A stretch of 64,000 nucleotides of DNA from Patescibacteria group bacterium (GCA_025999275.1 AP024680.1:556522-620521), one strand, 5' to 3'; positions 1-10,196 are shown, numbered from the stretch's first letter. Translations and numbers: made by a program. Notes: generated by a model from the letters alone, not told the origin.

Positions 1-1812
1 TTAATTTATGGAAATTTTCCTTCCATAGTTTTTTCTCAATCATCTTTTAGTGTAGATTCATTTATTACTTATGATGTAGATGAAAATGGCGATGCCAATG
101 TGGTACAAGATATAACCTTAACAAATGAAGTAGCTGAAGTTTATGCCAAAAGTTATACAGTTTCCTTGGCAAACTTTAAACCGGAATATGTCAAAGCTGA
201 AAGTGGAGGAACGGAGATACCGGTTAGAAAAGAGGAAAATGGGAACAAGACATCATTAAGCCTTGATTTCCCAGATATCAAAGTTGGCAAAGGAGCTAGT
301 AGAAACTTCAAATTAACATATAGAATTCGAGAATTTGCCCAAAAGACTGGAGAAGTTTGGGAGCTTTATCTTCCCTATCAGACTGATATTGAAAATTTTA
401 AAAATTATCGTCTGACGCTTTTTGTTCCAATCTCTTTTGGAAACCTTGCCTATTCTTCTCCTGAACCAGAGAAAAAGTTTACCCAAGGAAATAAAAATGG
501 GTTTGAATTTACAAAGGAAAGACTTAAGAATAGTGGTGTAAACTTGGGTTTTGGAAACTTTCAGATATTCTCTTTTACACTAATTTATCACCTTGAAAAC
601 CCACTTGAAAAAGAAGCTATTACCAAAATTGCCCTACCTCCAGATGGTTCATTTCAGCGTGTATTTTATAAAGAAATTGATCCGAAACCAATTAAGATTG
701 GTGTTGACAATGACGGCAATTGGCTTGCAGATTACAGACTTCAACCAAGAGAGAGACTTGAGGTTAAAGCAATCGGTTATGCTCAAATTTTTCCATATCC
801 TCAAAAAATAAGAGATTTTGACAAAGAGATTCTTTACAAAAATACCCTACCACAAAAATATTGGGAATCAGATAGTCCAGAAATTAAAAGAATAGCTCAA
901 AACTTACGATCAATTAAAGAAGTTTATGATTATGTCGTTAATATCTTAAATTATGATTATGATAGAGCAAAACCCAATGTCCAGAGACTTGGCGCAAAAG
1001 CCGCACTTGAGAATCCAAATTCAGCCATATGCATGGAATTTACAGACCTGTTTGTTGCCATTTTAAGAGCCAAGGGAATTCCAGCAAGAGAAATAAATGG
1101 GTATGCTTATACCGAAAACCCAAAGCTCATGCCTCTTTCTCTTGTAAATGATGTTCTTCATTCCTGGCCTGAATATTGGGACGAATCAAAAAAGATATGG
1201 GTTCCAGTTGATCCAACCTGGCAAAAGACCAATGTCCAAGCTGACTTTTTTGAAAAGCAAGATCTTCGCCACTTTGCATTTGTAATCCATGGAGAAAGTT
1301 CAACTTACCCTCCAAGTGCCGGGTCTTATAAACTTGGTTATCAGCCTCAAAAAGATGTTTTTATTACTCTAGGAGGGCAGCCTGAATTGGTAAATAATCA
1401 AATCTCCACTGATGTCCAAATAATAACCAACATTCCCCTAATTAGTTATAAAGCTAGAATTAATATTAAGAATGAAGGCCAATCTGCTATCTATAATCAG
1501 AAAGTTTTGGTTCTTTTTGATCAAGATGAAGTAAAAGAGGAAAAGATAGCATATCTCTTACCGTTTTCTAATTACGAATTTGAAGTTAATATACCTTTTA
1601 GTTTTCTTGCTCAAAAAACTCCATATAAAATTTCCATAATTTCTGTAAATATCAAAAAAGAGGTTAAGGGGGTAAAAGAACAAGTTTTATTGGCTAATAT
1701 TTTAGTAATTTTTGCGCTAGTGATATTATTAATGATCTTTATTATCATAAAGTTTAATAAAATTAACTTCCAAATTATATTGAGTAAATTTTATATACAC
1801 AGGAAACAATGA
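1..1812 (+). CDS. transglutaminase-like domain protein with C-terminal TM anchor. The 5' end is partial: the frame is open from nt 1, and the ORF-track start at 100 is an internal GTG.
   Basis: Cys-protease-like core NSAICMEFTDLFVAILRAKGIPAREINGYAY is typical of the transglutaminase-like superfamily. Hydrophobic C-terminal segment. No in-frame stop between nt 1 and 100. Confidence 0.55.
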   Translation, partial: LIYGNFPSIVFSQSSFSVDSFITYDVDENGDANVVQDITLTNEVAEVYAKSYTVSLANFKPEYVKAESGGTEIPVRKEENGNKTSLSLDFPDIKVGKGASRNFKLTYRIREFAQKTGEVWELYLPYQTDIENFKNYRLTLFVPISFGNLAYSSPEPEKKFTQGNKNGFEFTKERLKNSGVNLGFGNFQIFSFTLIYHLENPLEKEAITKIALPPDGSFQRVFYKEIDPKPIKIGVDNDGNWLADYRLQPRERLEVKAIGYAQIFPYPQKIRDFDKEILYKNTLPQKYWESDSPEIKRIAQNLRSIKEVYDYVVNILNYDYDRAKPNVQRLGAKAALENPNSAICMEFTDLFVAILRAKGIPAREINGYAYTENPKLMPLSLVNDVLHSWPEYWDESKKIWVPVDPTWQKTNVQADFFEKQDLRHFAFVIHGESSTYPPSAGSYKLGYQPQKDVFITLGGQPELVNNQISTDVQIITNIPLISYKARINIKNEGQSAIYNQKVLVLFDQDEVKEEKIAYLLPFSNYEFEVNIPFSFLAQKTPYKISIISVNIKKEVKGVKEQVLLANILVIFALVILLMIFIIIKFNKINFQIILSKFYIHRKQ

Positions 1813-3149
1813 ACAAAAAAGTTGTTCTTAAAATTTCCAAGAAATTAAAAGAAAGTAATTTATCTAAATTACCAAGGAACCCCGGTGTTTATTTCTTTAT
1901 GTCTGATAAAAAAGAGGTTTTATATGTTGGCAAAGCTAAAAACCTCAAGAATAGAATTTCAAGTTATTTTTCAAATCTAATTGTAGGTAAAACAAAAACA
2001 ATGGTTGAAAAATCAAAGTATTTAAGTTTTATCAAAACAGAAAGTGAGATAGAAGCATTAATACTCGAAGCAAATTTAATCAAAAAATATAAACCAAAAT
2101 ACAATATCATTCAGAAAGATGATAAAAGTCCTTTATATATCTTAATAACCAAAGAAAAATACCCTCGTCTAATATTAGGAAGAAAAAAAGATATCCAAAA
2201 AAAAGACTTAATAGGTTTCTACGGTCCTTTTCTTTCAACAAGAACAGCCAAAAGAATTTTAAGAAGCATTAGAAAATTTATTCCCTTTTCTGATCATAAA
2301 ATTGGCAGAAAGCCTTGTATGTATAGCCAAATCAATCTCTGTAATCCTTGCCCAAATTTTATAGAATCAATTGATAATAAACAAGAAAATAGATTACTCT
2401 TTAAAAAATATTTACAAAATATTAAAAGAGTTAGACTCTTTCTGGAAGGAGATATAAAAAGGGTCGAAAGAGAATTAAACAAAGAAATGGAATCTTTTAT
2501 TGATAAAGAAGATTTTGAAAATGCAAAAGAAATAAAAGAAAGGATTGAATCGCTTAGATTATTAACCAAACCCCTTAACAAAACCGATGAGTATTTAGAA
2601 AATCCAAATTTACTTCAAGATAAAATTAAGATTGAACTTAATTCACTTTTAGAATTTCTAAACAACTTCTTTAAGATTAAAAAACTAAAAAGAATAGAGT
2701 GTTATGATGTGTCACATTTGTCTGGAATTTTAGGAACTGCGTCGATGGTGGTTTTCATAGATGGTGAGAAAAGTAGCAGTGATTACCGTCATTTTAGATT
2801 AAAAGAAAGCTCAAACGACGACCAAAAATCGTTGTTAGAAATATTAAATCGTAGAATAAAATATCTTAAAGACTGGGGAAAACCAGATCTTGTTATAGTT
2901 GATGGTGGCCGACCACAATTATCAGCAGTGTGGAAAGTATTTTTCCAAAACAAAATACCTGTTATTGGAATTGCAAAAAAATTTGAAGAATTAGTTATTC
3001 CAATATTTGAAAACAACAGGATAAAATATTTTAAATATAAAATAAAAGATAAACCATTTGGAAATTTAATTATTAGGATTAGAGACGAAACGCACCGATT
3101 TGCTTTAAGATATCATCGCAAACTCATCCTCAATAGACCAAAACTTTGA
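1809..3149 (+). CDS. uvrC: UvrC-like excinuclease with an N-terminal GIY-YIG domain and a C-terminal RNase-H-like endonuclease domain. Short form without the HhH tail.
   Basis: GIY-YIG motif PGVYFFMSDKKEVLYVGKAKNLKNR. C-terminal VDGGRPQLSAVWKVF..IPVIGIAKK resembles the UvrC endonuclease domain. 4-nt overlap with the upstream gene. Confidence 0.6.
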   Translation: MNKKVVLKISKKLKESNLSKLPRNPGVYFFMSDKKEVLYVGKAKNLKNRISSYFSNLIVGKTKTMVEKSKYLSFIKTESEIEALILEANLIKKYKPKYNIIQKDDKSPLYILITKEKYPRLILGRKKDIQKKDLIGFYGPFLSTRTAKRILRSIRKFIPFSDHKIGRKPCMYSQINLCNPCPNFIESIDNKQENRLLFKKYLQNIKRVRLFLEGDIKRVERELNKEMESFIDKEDFENAKEIKERIESLRLLTKPLNKTDEYLENPNLLQDKIKIELNSLLEFLNNFFKIKKLKRIECYDVSHLSGILGTASMVVFIDGEKSSSDYRHFRLKESSNDDQKSLLEILNRRIKYLKDWGKPDLVIVDGGRPQLSAVWKVFFQNKIPVIGIAKKFEELVIPIFENNRIKYFKYKIKDKPFGNLIIRIRDETHRFALRYHRKLILNRPKL

Positions 3150-3184
3150 CTTTTAATAAAAACTCTCTATATACTTAAATTAGA

Positions 3185-3589
3185 ATGATTAAGAAAGTCA
3201 TTAAGATATTTGCAATTGAAGTTCTAGCTTTATACATCATTAATCAATTGATATCAGGATTGGTGTTTGAAAACGGAACAAAAACCTTTTTAATTACCGC
3301 CGTCGCCTTGAGTATAGCTGCTTATTTAGTTAAACCAATTATAAATCTTCTTATTTTACCTTTGAATTTAATTACTTTTGGTTTTTTCCGCTGGATTTCC
3401 TCTGCTGTAGCTCTATACCTAGTAACTCTTGCTGTAAACCAATTCAAGATAGAAAGGTTTTTCTTTCCAGGTTATGAAAATGTATGGTTTTCAATTCCAA
3501 AGCTTGACTTTAGAGGATTTTTGGCAATAATCTTCTATTCTCTTACGCTTTCAATCTTGACCTCCATAATAAGTTGGGTATTTAAATAA
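3185..3589 (+). CDS. small 4-TM membrane protein, DUF360/holin-4-like. Paralogue of 19597..19935.
   Basis: Hydrophobic throughout. Shares the P..LP...TFG.F motif architecture with ORF 19597..19935. Confidence 0.35.
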   Translation: MIKKVIKIFAIEVLALYIINQLISGLVFENGTKTFLITAVALSIAAYLVKPIINLLILPLNLITFGFFRWISSAVALYLVTLAVNQFKIERFFFPGYENVWFSIPKLDFRGFLAIIFYSLTLSILTSIISWVFK

Positions 3590-3617
3590 TTAGACATTAT
3601 GAGTTATAATTGCTCAT

Positions 3618-3833
3618 ATGGAAAAACTTATTCTCACCATTCAAATTATCTCGGCCATATCGGTAATCTTTCTGGTTACTATCCAAACCAAAGGTACGGG
3701 TTTAGGAAGAAGCTTTGGTCAAAGTGGTTCAGTATCCTTTAAAAGAAGGGGGATAGAAAAATTAGTTTTTAGAGCAACATTTTTATTTTCAGGACTTTTC
3801 CTTCTAACTTCTATTCTACAAATCTTTATTTAG
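3618..3833 (+). CDS. secG: preprotein translocase subunit SecG
   Basis: Pattern LLVTIQTKGTGLGRSFGQSGS...RRGIEKLVFRATFLFSGLFLLTSIL matches the SecG signature (LLQ.KG.GL..G....RG.E..L.R.T). Confidence 0.65.
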   Translation: MEKLILTIQIISAISVIFLVTIQTKGTGLGRSFGQSGSVSFKRRGIEKLVFRATFLFSGLFLLTSILQIFI

Positions 3834-3843
3834 AGATAATTTT

Positions 3844-5175
3844 ATGTCTTTCTCTTTAAGATATTCTCTAAAGCTAATACAAGCGTTTTTGTTAAGATTT
3901 AAGTCCCTCATTTTAATAGGTTTCTTGATGGGTGTTCTTATATTCTTCTTACTAAAGTTTGTAATTTTACCTTTCATAACGTTAGGTAAAACAGAAAGAA
4001 TTGGTATTGTAGGAAAATATAGAATTGAAACTTTGCCTAACGACATTCTTTCACTTATAAGTTACGGGTTAAGTAGAAATAATTCAGACGGTTCATCCGA
4101 GCCAATGTTGGCCAAATCTTGGGAAACTCCCGATAAGGGAAAAACTTGGATATTTTATTTAAACGAAAATCTTTTTTGGCAAGATGGAACAAAAATTAAA
4201 AGCAGTGATATCTCATATAACTTTTCTGATGTCGAAATAGAAAAACCAGATGAAAAAACTATTATCTTTAAGTTAAAAAACCCTTTTTCTCCTTTCCCAA
4301 CAGTTGTCTCAAAGCCAATTTTTAAAAAGGGATTGCTTGGAGCAGGGGATTGGAAAGTAAAGAAGATCTCTATTTCAGGTGGTTATGTAGAAAAACTTAT
4401 ATTAACTGACAAAAATAAAAATCAAAAAATTTTTAGATTTTATCCCACAGAAGATAGGTTAAAGTTGGCATTAAAAATGGGAGAAGTCGATATAATAGAG
4501 AACCTTCTTGATCCAACACCGTTTGATAAATGGTCGAGTCTAAAAATAAAGGAAAATATTAACAAGAAACAAATAGTTACTATTTTCTTCAACAGCAACG
4601 ACAAATTTCTTTCCGAAAAAGTTATTAGACAAGCCCTTTACTATGCTATTGATAAAAATAAACTAAGCAGTAATAGTGCATATTCACCAATTTATCCTGA
4701 ATCGTGGGCTTATAATCCTTTAATAAAACATTATGATTTTGATCTTGATAAAGCTAAAAAGATGATTAACTCTTTACCTGCAGAAGCAAAGAAAGACTTA
4801 AGTATAAACCTTACTACCACTCCAGCACTTTTAGATTCTGCTGAAAAAATTGTCAAGATGTGGAAAGAGTTGGGTATCAACTCTAGCGTTCAAATCTCAT
4901 CAATAATACCAGACAATTATCAAGCGCTACTAGTTATATTTGAACCGCCTGTTGATCCTGACCAATATCCAATTTGGCATTCCACCCAGACAAATATAAA
5001 CTACTCTCAATACAAAAACCCTCGTATTGATTCTCTTCTCGAGGAAGGAAGAAGTAAACTTGATCTAGAAGATAGAAAAAAGATTTATTTTGATTTTCAA
5101 AGATTCTTGCTTGAGGAAGCTCCAGCAGCCTTTCTTTATCATCCGACTTTTTACACTATCTCTAGGAAAAAATAA
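3844..5175 (+). CDS. extracellular solute-binding protein, family 5 (Opp/Dpp-like). No cognate permease genes are adjacent.
   Basis: N-terminal TM/signal anchor. The region ENINKKQIVTIFFNSNDKFLSEKVIRQALYYAIDKNKL is typical of SBP_bac_5. Confidence 0.45.
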   Translation: MSFSLRYSLKLIQAFLLRFKSLILIGFLMGVLIFFLLKFVILPFITLGKTERIGIVGKYRIETLPNDILSLISYGLSRNNSDGSSEPMLAKSWETPDKGKTWIFYLNENLFWQDGTKIKSSDISYNFSDVEIEKPDEKTIIFKLKNPFSPFPTVVSKPIFKKGLLGAGDWKVKKISISGGYVEKLILTDKNKNQKIFRFYPTEDRLKLALKMGEVDIIENLLDPTPFDKWSSLKIKENINKKQIVTIFFNSNDKFLSEKVIRQALYYAIDKNKLSSNSAYSPIYPESWAYNPLIKHYDFDLDKAKKMINSLPAEAKKDLSINLTTTPALLDSAEKIVKMWKELGINSSVQISSIIPDNYQALLVIFEPPVDPDQYPIWHSTQTNINYSQYKNPRIDSLLEEGRSKLDLEDRKKIYFDFQRFLLEEAPAAFLYHPTFYTISRKK

Positions 5176-5589
5176 AAACTTGTGATTGTAAATCTAATTT
5201 TACATAATACAGATTATGTTTGAATTTTTTCTATCCTTAATTTTTGGTTACGAGATAGCCAAAAATAATTCAAAACCAGGCTCAAAATTACACCAAAAAC
5301 TTCCCTTTATTAAAATAAAATTTATACAAATTAGTCCAAACCTAAAAATAGATTTTAGAGAGAAGATTATTCACATTCACCACTGGCTTTATATGTCTTT
5401 ACTACTAATAATTTCCTTTACTGCTAAAGATTCTTTTCTCACTTCAGTTTTTTTTTCAAGGAGAGGATGTTAAGAAGAATAACTCAAGGATTAACTTTTT
5501 CAGATTGGAAAAAGATAATAATTTCAAAAAACGATAAGAAAAATCCCGATATATCAAGCTAATCCAAATCGAATACGAGAAGATGTTAT

Positions 5590-5664
5590 GGGTGGCTGAG
5601 CGGATTTGAACCGCCAACCCCTTGCTCCACAGGCAAGTGCTCTAACCATTGAGCTACAGCCACC
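5590..5664 (-). tRNA. tRNA-His (anticodon GTG) with an encoded G-1, giving an 8-bp acceptor stem
   Basis: Reverse complement folds as a cloverleaf: acceptor GGTGGCTG/CAGCCACC, anticodon loop CTGTGGA, T-loop TTCAAAT, discriminator C. Confidence 0.8.
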
Positions 5665-5746
5665 AAGTGATTTAATTTTAACAAATAGAGTCCTGTTTCA
5701 CAAATAGTTGACAACACCATCCTTTTTGTTGCACAATGAGTATGTT

Positions 5747-6415
5747 ATGGACGAACCTGCCAAAAATGAAAAGAAGATTAAGGTTGAAGTAGTTAAAGAA
5801 GAGCCTGGTTTTAAAGGAAAAGAAAACAATACTCCCCAAATAGAAAGTCAAAAAGAGAAAGTTCAAGTCAAAGAACAACAAGTTCTAGAAAAGGTTGAAA
5901 TAGAAAAAGTAGATAATCCAACAGAAGAAAAAGCCATCCAGCAAAAAACGCCGTTTTGGATTTTGTTTTTAGTATTCCTGCTTGGATTGACTTTGGGAGC
6001 AGGGTTAATTGGAGGTATATTTTATTATAAATCAAAAGTTGAAAAGAGTCAGATTGCAACCAGTTCACCCACTCCTGAAACATTAATAAACAAAGAAGAT
6101 GTAAAAGAAACTCCAAAACCAGAAGAAACAAAAATTTCTGACCTAAAAGTTTTAATTTTAAATGGTTCAGGAATAAAAGGTGAAGCTGGAAAAGTAGAAG
6201 CACTACTTAAGGAAGCTGGTTTCGAGAAGACCGAGACTGGAAACGCAGACTCCTATGACTATAAAGATACTAATATTTTTATTAAACCAAACATAAATGA
6301 TTCTGTTTACGAAAAGATAATTGACATCCTGGAGGGATATAGTTTAAAGAAAGCTGACTTAGAAACGAGCTCAGGATACGATATTAAAATTATTGTGGGG
6401 AAGACTAAAAATTAG
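5747..6415 (+). CDS. membrane-anchored protein with a C-terminal LytR_C-like domain. The ORF-track TTG start at 5708 is probably upstream extension; ATG 5747 (MDEPAKNEKK) is more likely.
   Basis: Single TM segment (FWILFLVFLLGLTLGAGLIGGIFYY). C-terminal LKVLILNGSGIKGEAGKVEALLKEAGF resembles the LytR cell-envelope attenuator C-terminal domain. Confidence 0.4.
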   Translation: MDEPAKNEKKIKVEVVKEEPGFKGKENNTPQIESQKEKVQVKEQQVLEKVEIEKVDNPTEEKAIQQKTPFWILFLVFLLGLTLGAGLIGGIFYYKSKVEKSQIATSSPTPETLINKEDVKETPKPEETKISDLKVLILNGSGIKGEAGKVEALLKEAGFEKTETGNADSYDYKDTNIFIKPNINDSVYEKIIDILEGYSLKKADLETSSGYDIKIIVGKTKN

Positions 6416-6503
6416 ATCGACTCCTTCTTGTTTGATGCTTCCATAATCTGGTAAAATACAAATACTGTTCTTTGAGATGGACCATTATTATTTGGAACTT
6501 CTA

Positions 6504-6587
6504 GCCGAGATGGTGGAATGGTATACACGCAGGACTTAAAATCCTGTGGTCCAATGGACCGTGAGGGTTCGAGTCCCTCTCTCGGCA
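6504..6587 (+). tRNA. tRNA-Leu (anticodon TAA), class II with long variable arm
   Basis: Acceptor GCCGAGA/TCTCGGC, anticodon loop CTTAAAA, variable arm TGGTCCAATGGACCGT, T-loop TTCGAGT. Confidence 0.8.
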
Positions 6588-6597
6588 CAACTTTCAA

Positions 6598-6674
6598 CGG
6601 GGTGTAGCTCAGTTGGCTAGAGTGCGCGCTTTGGGAGCGTGAGGTCGACGGTTCGAGTCCGTCCACCCCGACCA
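6598..6674 (+). tRNA. tRNA-Pro (anticodon TGG), CCA encoded
   Basis: Acceptor CGGGGTG/CACCCCG, anticodon stem-loop CGCGC-TTTGGGA-GCGTG, T-arm GACGG-TTCGAGT-CCGTC, 3' ACCA. Confidence 0.8.
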
Positions 6675-6738
6675 ATACTACCAACCAGCACACAAAAAAC
6701 AAATTAACTAGATACAAAACCAAACGAATAAAAATCCT

Positions 6739-7563
6739 TCAAGAAAAATCAGAAAAATCTCTAGAATCCAAACCTAGAAGCGCAATTGCCTTGCCTACTT
6801 CATAACCAACATAATCTACTTCAGGATGAGTTTGACCAGGATGACCACAAATTCTGTAGCGTAAAATTTCAGCAGCGAGAGGAGCCAACCTAGCTGTAAT
6901 TTCCACAAATTGTCCAGTCATTCTGCCATAAATACCTGTTCTTTCATTTGCAGAAATACCCAAAAGAACAGCATTCCAAAAATGATAAGTATCACCAGCT
7001 GGATCTTCTAAGTTTTGATTAAGGCAAAGAGCAGCAACTACATTTTGCCAATTAGCAATACGTTCTCTAGAAATTTTAAGATCAGGAGTAATTCTCTTGT
7101 CAAAACCACGAGCAATAGCTCGTGTTGCAACAGACAATTTAAATACTGCTAGAGAAGCATCTCTCTCTAAGTAATCTAAAGCTAGAGATAATTGTTCTGA
7201 CAATAATAGTGGTCTCCCAGCTTGTCTTGCTTTTTCTTCCAACAAAGAAACAAGTATTTCTATATTACCAATTCTTTCAATAAACTGCTGTGAGAAGGGC
7301 TGGTTGTGTTGGTCTGAAAATGCTGCATAAAATTTTAATATCTCCGCTTTTGATATACCAAACCCAGCCTTAAGTGGGGTAAAACAGATATCTGGTCTTT
7401 GTTTCAACACCCTAAACAAATCATCCAAAATATTTTCGGGAGAGCAATTATGAAAGATTATTTTTTCTGTTCTATAAACAATCCTTTGCAATTCGAGGGG
7501 GTACGCGTTACTAGCAGCACTACTAACTACCCTTGTGATTGATAATGCCTTTTCCGTTAGCAT
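6739..7563 (-). CDS. hypothetical protein, compositionally atypical (Arg/Ala/Leu-rich, Lys-poor). No recognisable domain.
   Basis: Long clean ORF between tRNA-Pro and tRNA-Gly. Amino-acid and codon composition differ from the Lys/Ile/Asn-rich neighbours. Confidence 0.4.
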   Translation of the reverse strand: MLTEKALSITRVVSSAASNAYPLELQRIVYRTEKIIFHNCSPENILDDLFRVLKQRPDICFTPLKAGFGISKAEILKFYAAFSDQHNQPFSQQFIERIGNIEILVSLLEEKARQAGRPLLLSEQLSLALDYLERDASLAVFKLSVATRAIARGFDKRITPDLKISRERIANWQNVVAALCLNQNLEDPAGDTYHFWNAVLLGISANERTGIYGRMTGQFVEITARLAPLAAEILRYRICGHPGQTHPEVDYVGYEVGKAIALLGLDSRDFSDFS

Positions 7564-7737
7564 ATTTATTTTCCAAGCCCGAACCTTTTTAAATTTTAAT
7601 ATTATAGGTTAATATTTTAACTGTAAAGAAAGAATAATTCAATAGTTATTGATTAAATAATTCAAAAACCATCGCTCTATAAAATTCATTAGAAATAGCA
7701 AGAATTTTATATACAAGGAAATTTGGGAGTTTAAATT

Positions 7738-7811
7738 TGGAGCGGGCACGGAGAATCGAACTCCGATCTACTCCTTGGAAGGGAGTTGTTGAGCCTTTCA
7801 ACTATGCCCGC
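7738..7811 (-). tRNA. tRNA-Gly (anticodon TCC), CCA encoded
   Basis: Reverse complement: acceptor GCGGGCA/TGCCCGC, anticodon stem-loop ACTCC-CTTCCAA-GGAGT, T-arm CGGAG-TTCGATT-CTCCG. Confidence 0.75.
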
Positions 7812-7866
7812 AACCTGCTAATTATAACAATTTAAGAAATGAGCCTCAACCTCCACTTTCAGTAAT

Positions 7867-8471
7867 CTAATCAAGGCTATCTAAAAACTCAATTACATTA
7901 TCTTCATAAATAGGTTTTTTCATCTCCAGGTCTCTGTAACTGTGGTCAGCGTTTGATACTTCGTGGTAAATTATATTTTTTGATACAGCATCACTCGTAT
8001 CCCTTTTTACAACCTCGATATTTCCAAACTTATCCTTCTCTCCCTGGATAATGGTAATTTTTCCGGTAAAGTTATTTAGCTTAACTTCCCCAGTTACATA
8101 GCCAAGAATGATTACTTCATATAGCTTTTTCTCTTTATCAGTCAAGCTGTTTAGATAATAGCTAGCTATAATTCCACCAAGAGACTTACCAATAAACCTG
8201 ACGCGGGCAAATTTATCAAAATAAGCAATAGACAACATTTCCCTTAGTACTTCTAATTCTTCTTTTAACTCAGGTCCAGAAGAGTGATCATCTCCTCTTT
8301 CTAAGAAAGGAAAATTAAACATAATTACACTGTTGCCTTTACTTTTAGAGTGTTCAAACAATTTTTGCATAAAAGGAGAATCTATACCCCCCCCGATCCG
8401 CCATGCAAAATCACATCTAAATTAGTAGCTCTACTATTGTGGTAATGTATAAAACTAGTCAACTTACTCAT
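7867..8471 (-). pseudogene. alpha/beta hydrolase gene interrupted by a frameshift at a C8 (G8 on the coding strand) homopolymer at 8387..8394. Either a pseudogene or a homopolymer-length assembly error.
   Basis: The downstream ORF (7867..8370) carries the nucleophile elbow GKSLGG. The upstream short frame MSKLTSFIHYHNSRATNLDVILHGGSGG ends in the G-run. Adding one G fuses both into a single hydrolase with HGG oxyanion motif plus GxSxG. Confidence 0.55.
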
Positions 8472-8480
8472 TTTTTTCAA

Positions 8481-10196
8481 TTAAAATTTTGATCTTGAAA
8501 TAACTGCTTCTACAAAAGAAACAAAAATGGGGTGGGGTGATAGAGGACGACTTAAGTACTCAGGATGAAATTGGACCCCCACAAAAAATGGGTGATCCTT
8601 TATTTCTATCGCTTCAACCAGCTTCCCATCAGGAGAAACACCGGAAACTAAAAACCCAGCTTTTTCAAATCTTCGGCGATATTCAAGGTTAAATTCATAA
8701 CGATGTCTATGCCTTTCATAGATTAAAAGATTCTCCGACTTAATTGATTCATTTTTCCTCAAAGGATTAGGGAAAAACCATGGGCTAGATTCCAAACTAC
8801 CATATTTTCTGTAAGCGCTTTCAAGCTTTGTTTGAGGACTAACCAAACATGGCCAGGCTCCAAGCCTGATAGTTGCCCCATACTGCTTCTTTTCAAGATA
8901 TGCTTTCTGATTGGGCATTATATGAATAACAGGGTGGGGAGTTTGGGGATCAACCTCCTGACTATTGGCCCCTTTCAGACCAAGCACATTTCTTGCAAAC
9001 TCGATTGTTGCCATTTGCATGCCAAAGCAAAGACCAAGATAGGGAATTTTATTAACTCGTGCAAACTCAACTGCTAAAATTTTTCCTTCTACTCCTCTTG
9101 ACCCCCAACCCTGTGGAACAATAATCCCATCAACAGCGGATAAAATATCCTTGAGCTTATCTTTACTTATAGTCTCAAGATACGAAGAGTCAATCCAATT
9201 TATATCAACTTGGCAAGAAAGAAAGGCTGCTGCATGCTTTAGCGACTCAACAACACAAACATAAGAATCAGATAAAAGGTAATCACCTGTTTTTTGGTAT
9301 TTTCCCACAATTCCAATTTTAACCTTTTTCTTGACAAAAGAAGCTCTCTTGACCATATTTCTCCAGACTGAAAGAAGTCTTGATTCTCTCTTCTTTTTCC
9401 TAAGCTTCAATAATTTTATAATCTTTTTATCTAGCTTTTGTTTCTCAAGATAAAGCGGAATCTCATAGATATTTTTAACATCGGGGTTTGAGATTATGTT
9501 TTCCAAGGCAACACCAGAAGATAAGGCAATCTTTTCTTTCCTTTTGGTATCAACCTCATTTTCAGCTCGGCAGATTATAAAGTCAGGCTGAATTCCAAGC
9601 GAATGAAGCTGGGAAATAGATTGTTGAATAGGTTTTGACTTAAGTTCTCCTATTGAAGGGGGAGCGGGAAGATATCCTACATGTACAAAACAAACATCAC
9701 CCGGATATTTCAGCCTTAGCCTTCTTGCAGCCTCAAAAAATAAAAGACCTTCATATTCACCAACAGTTCCTCCAAGTTCAACAATAACAACATCAGCCTT
9801 GTGAGCCTTACCAGCTTCAAAGAAACGCTTGATTATTTCAGGTGGAATATGATGATAGGGCTGAACACATGCTCCATCATAGAAAAGAGCTCGTTCTTTG
9901 TCCAAAACTTCCTTATAAACCTGTCCACTTGTTAAGTAATTAGCTCTTAAGAGAGTTTCATTTAAAAATCTTTCATAGTGGCCCAGATCCTGATCTGTCT
10001 CAATTCCGTCATGAGTAACAAACACCTCACCATGTTCAATTGGATTCATTGTCCCAGCATCAATATTCAAATACATATCACACTTCATTATTGTTACTTT
10101 GTATCCTGAAGCTTTGAGAAGAAGTCCTATTGAGGCGGCTGTTACTCCTTTCCCCAATCCGCTTAAAACTCCACCTGAAACAATTATAAACCTCAT
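8481..10196 (-). CDS. pyrG: CTP synthase (glutamine-hydrolysing)
   Basis: N-terminal MRFIIVSGGVLSGLGKGVTAASIG synthase domain and C-terminal class-I glutamine amidotransferase (GLCFGMQ, HPEY). Length 571 aa. Confidence 0.95.
   Translation of the reverse strand: MRFIIVSGGVLSGLGKGVTAASIGLLLKASGYKVTIMKCDMYLNIDAGTMNPIEHGEVFVTHDGIETDQDLGHYERFLNETLLRANYLTSGQVYKEVLDKERALFYDGACVQPYHHIPPEIIKRFFEAGKAHKADVVIVELGGTVGEYEGLLFFEAARRLRLKYPGDVCFVHVGYLPAPPSIGELKSKPIQQSISQLHSLGIQPDFIICRAENEVDTKRKEKIALSSGVALENIISNPDVKNIYEIPLYLEKQKLDKKIIKLLKLRKKKRESRLLSVWRNMVKRASFVKKKVKIGIVGKYQKTGDYLLSDSYVCVVESLKHAAAFLSCQVDINWIDSSYLETISKDKLKDILSAVDGIIVPQGWGSRGVEGKILAVEFARVNKIPYLGLCFGMQMATIEFARNVLGLKGANSQEVDPQTPHPVIHIMPNQKAYLEKKQYGATIRLGAWPCLVSPQTKLESAYRKYGSLESSPWFFPNPLRKNESIKSENLLIYERHRHRYEFNLEYRRRFEKAGFLVSGVSPDGKLVEAIEIKDHPFFVGVQFHPEYLSRPLSPHPIFVSFVEAVISRSKF

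Noticed and set aside
5216-5473. 85-aa ORF in the 415-bp spacer between the SBP gene and tRNA-His
   Set aside because: Low-complexity, no RBS, no recognisable features. The spacer may instead hold promoters or an ncRNA, but I could not identify a structure with confidence.
6412-6723. 103-aa minus-strand ORF
   Set aside because: Lies entirely across tRNA-Leu(TAA) and tRNA-Pro(TGG). GC-rich frame created by the tRNA sequences, not coding.
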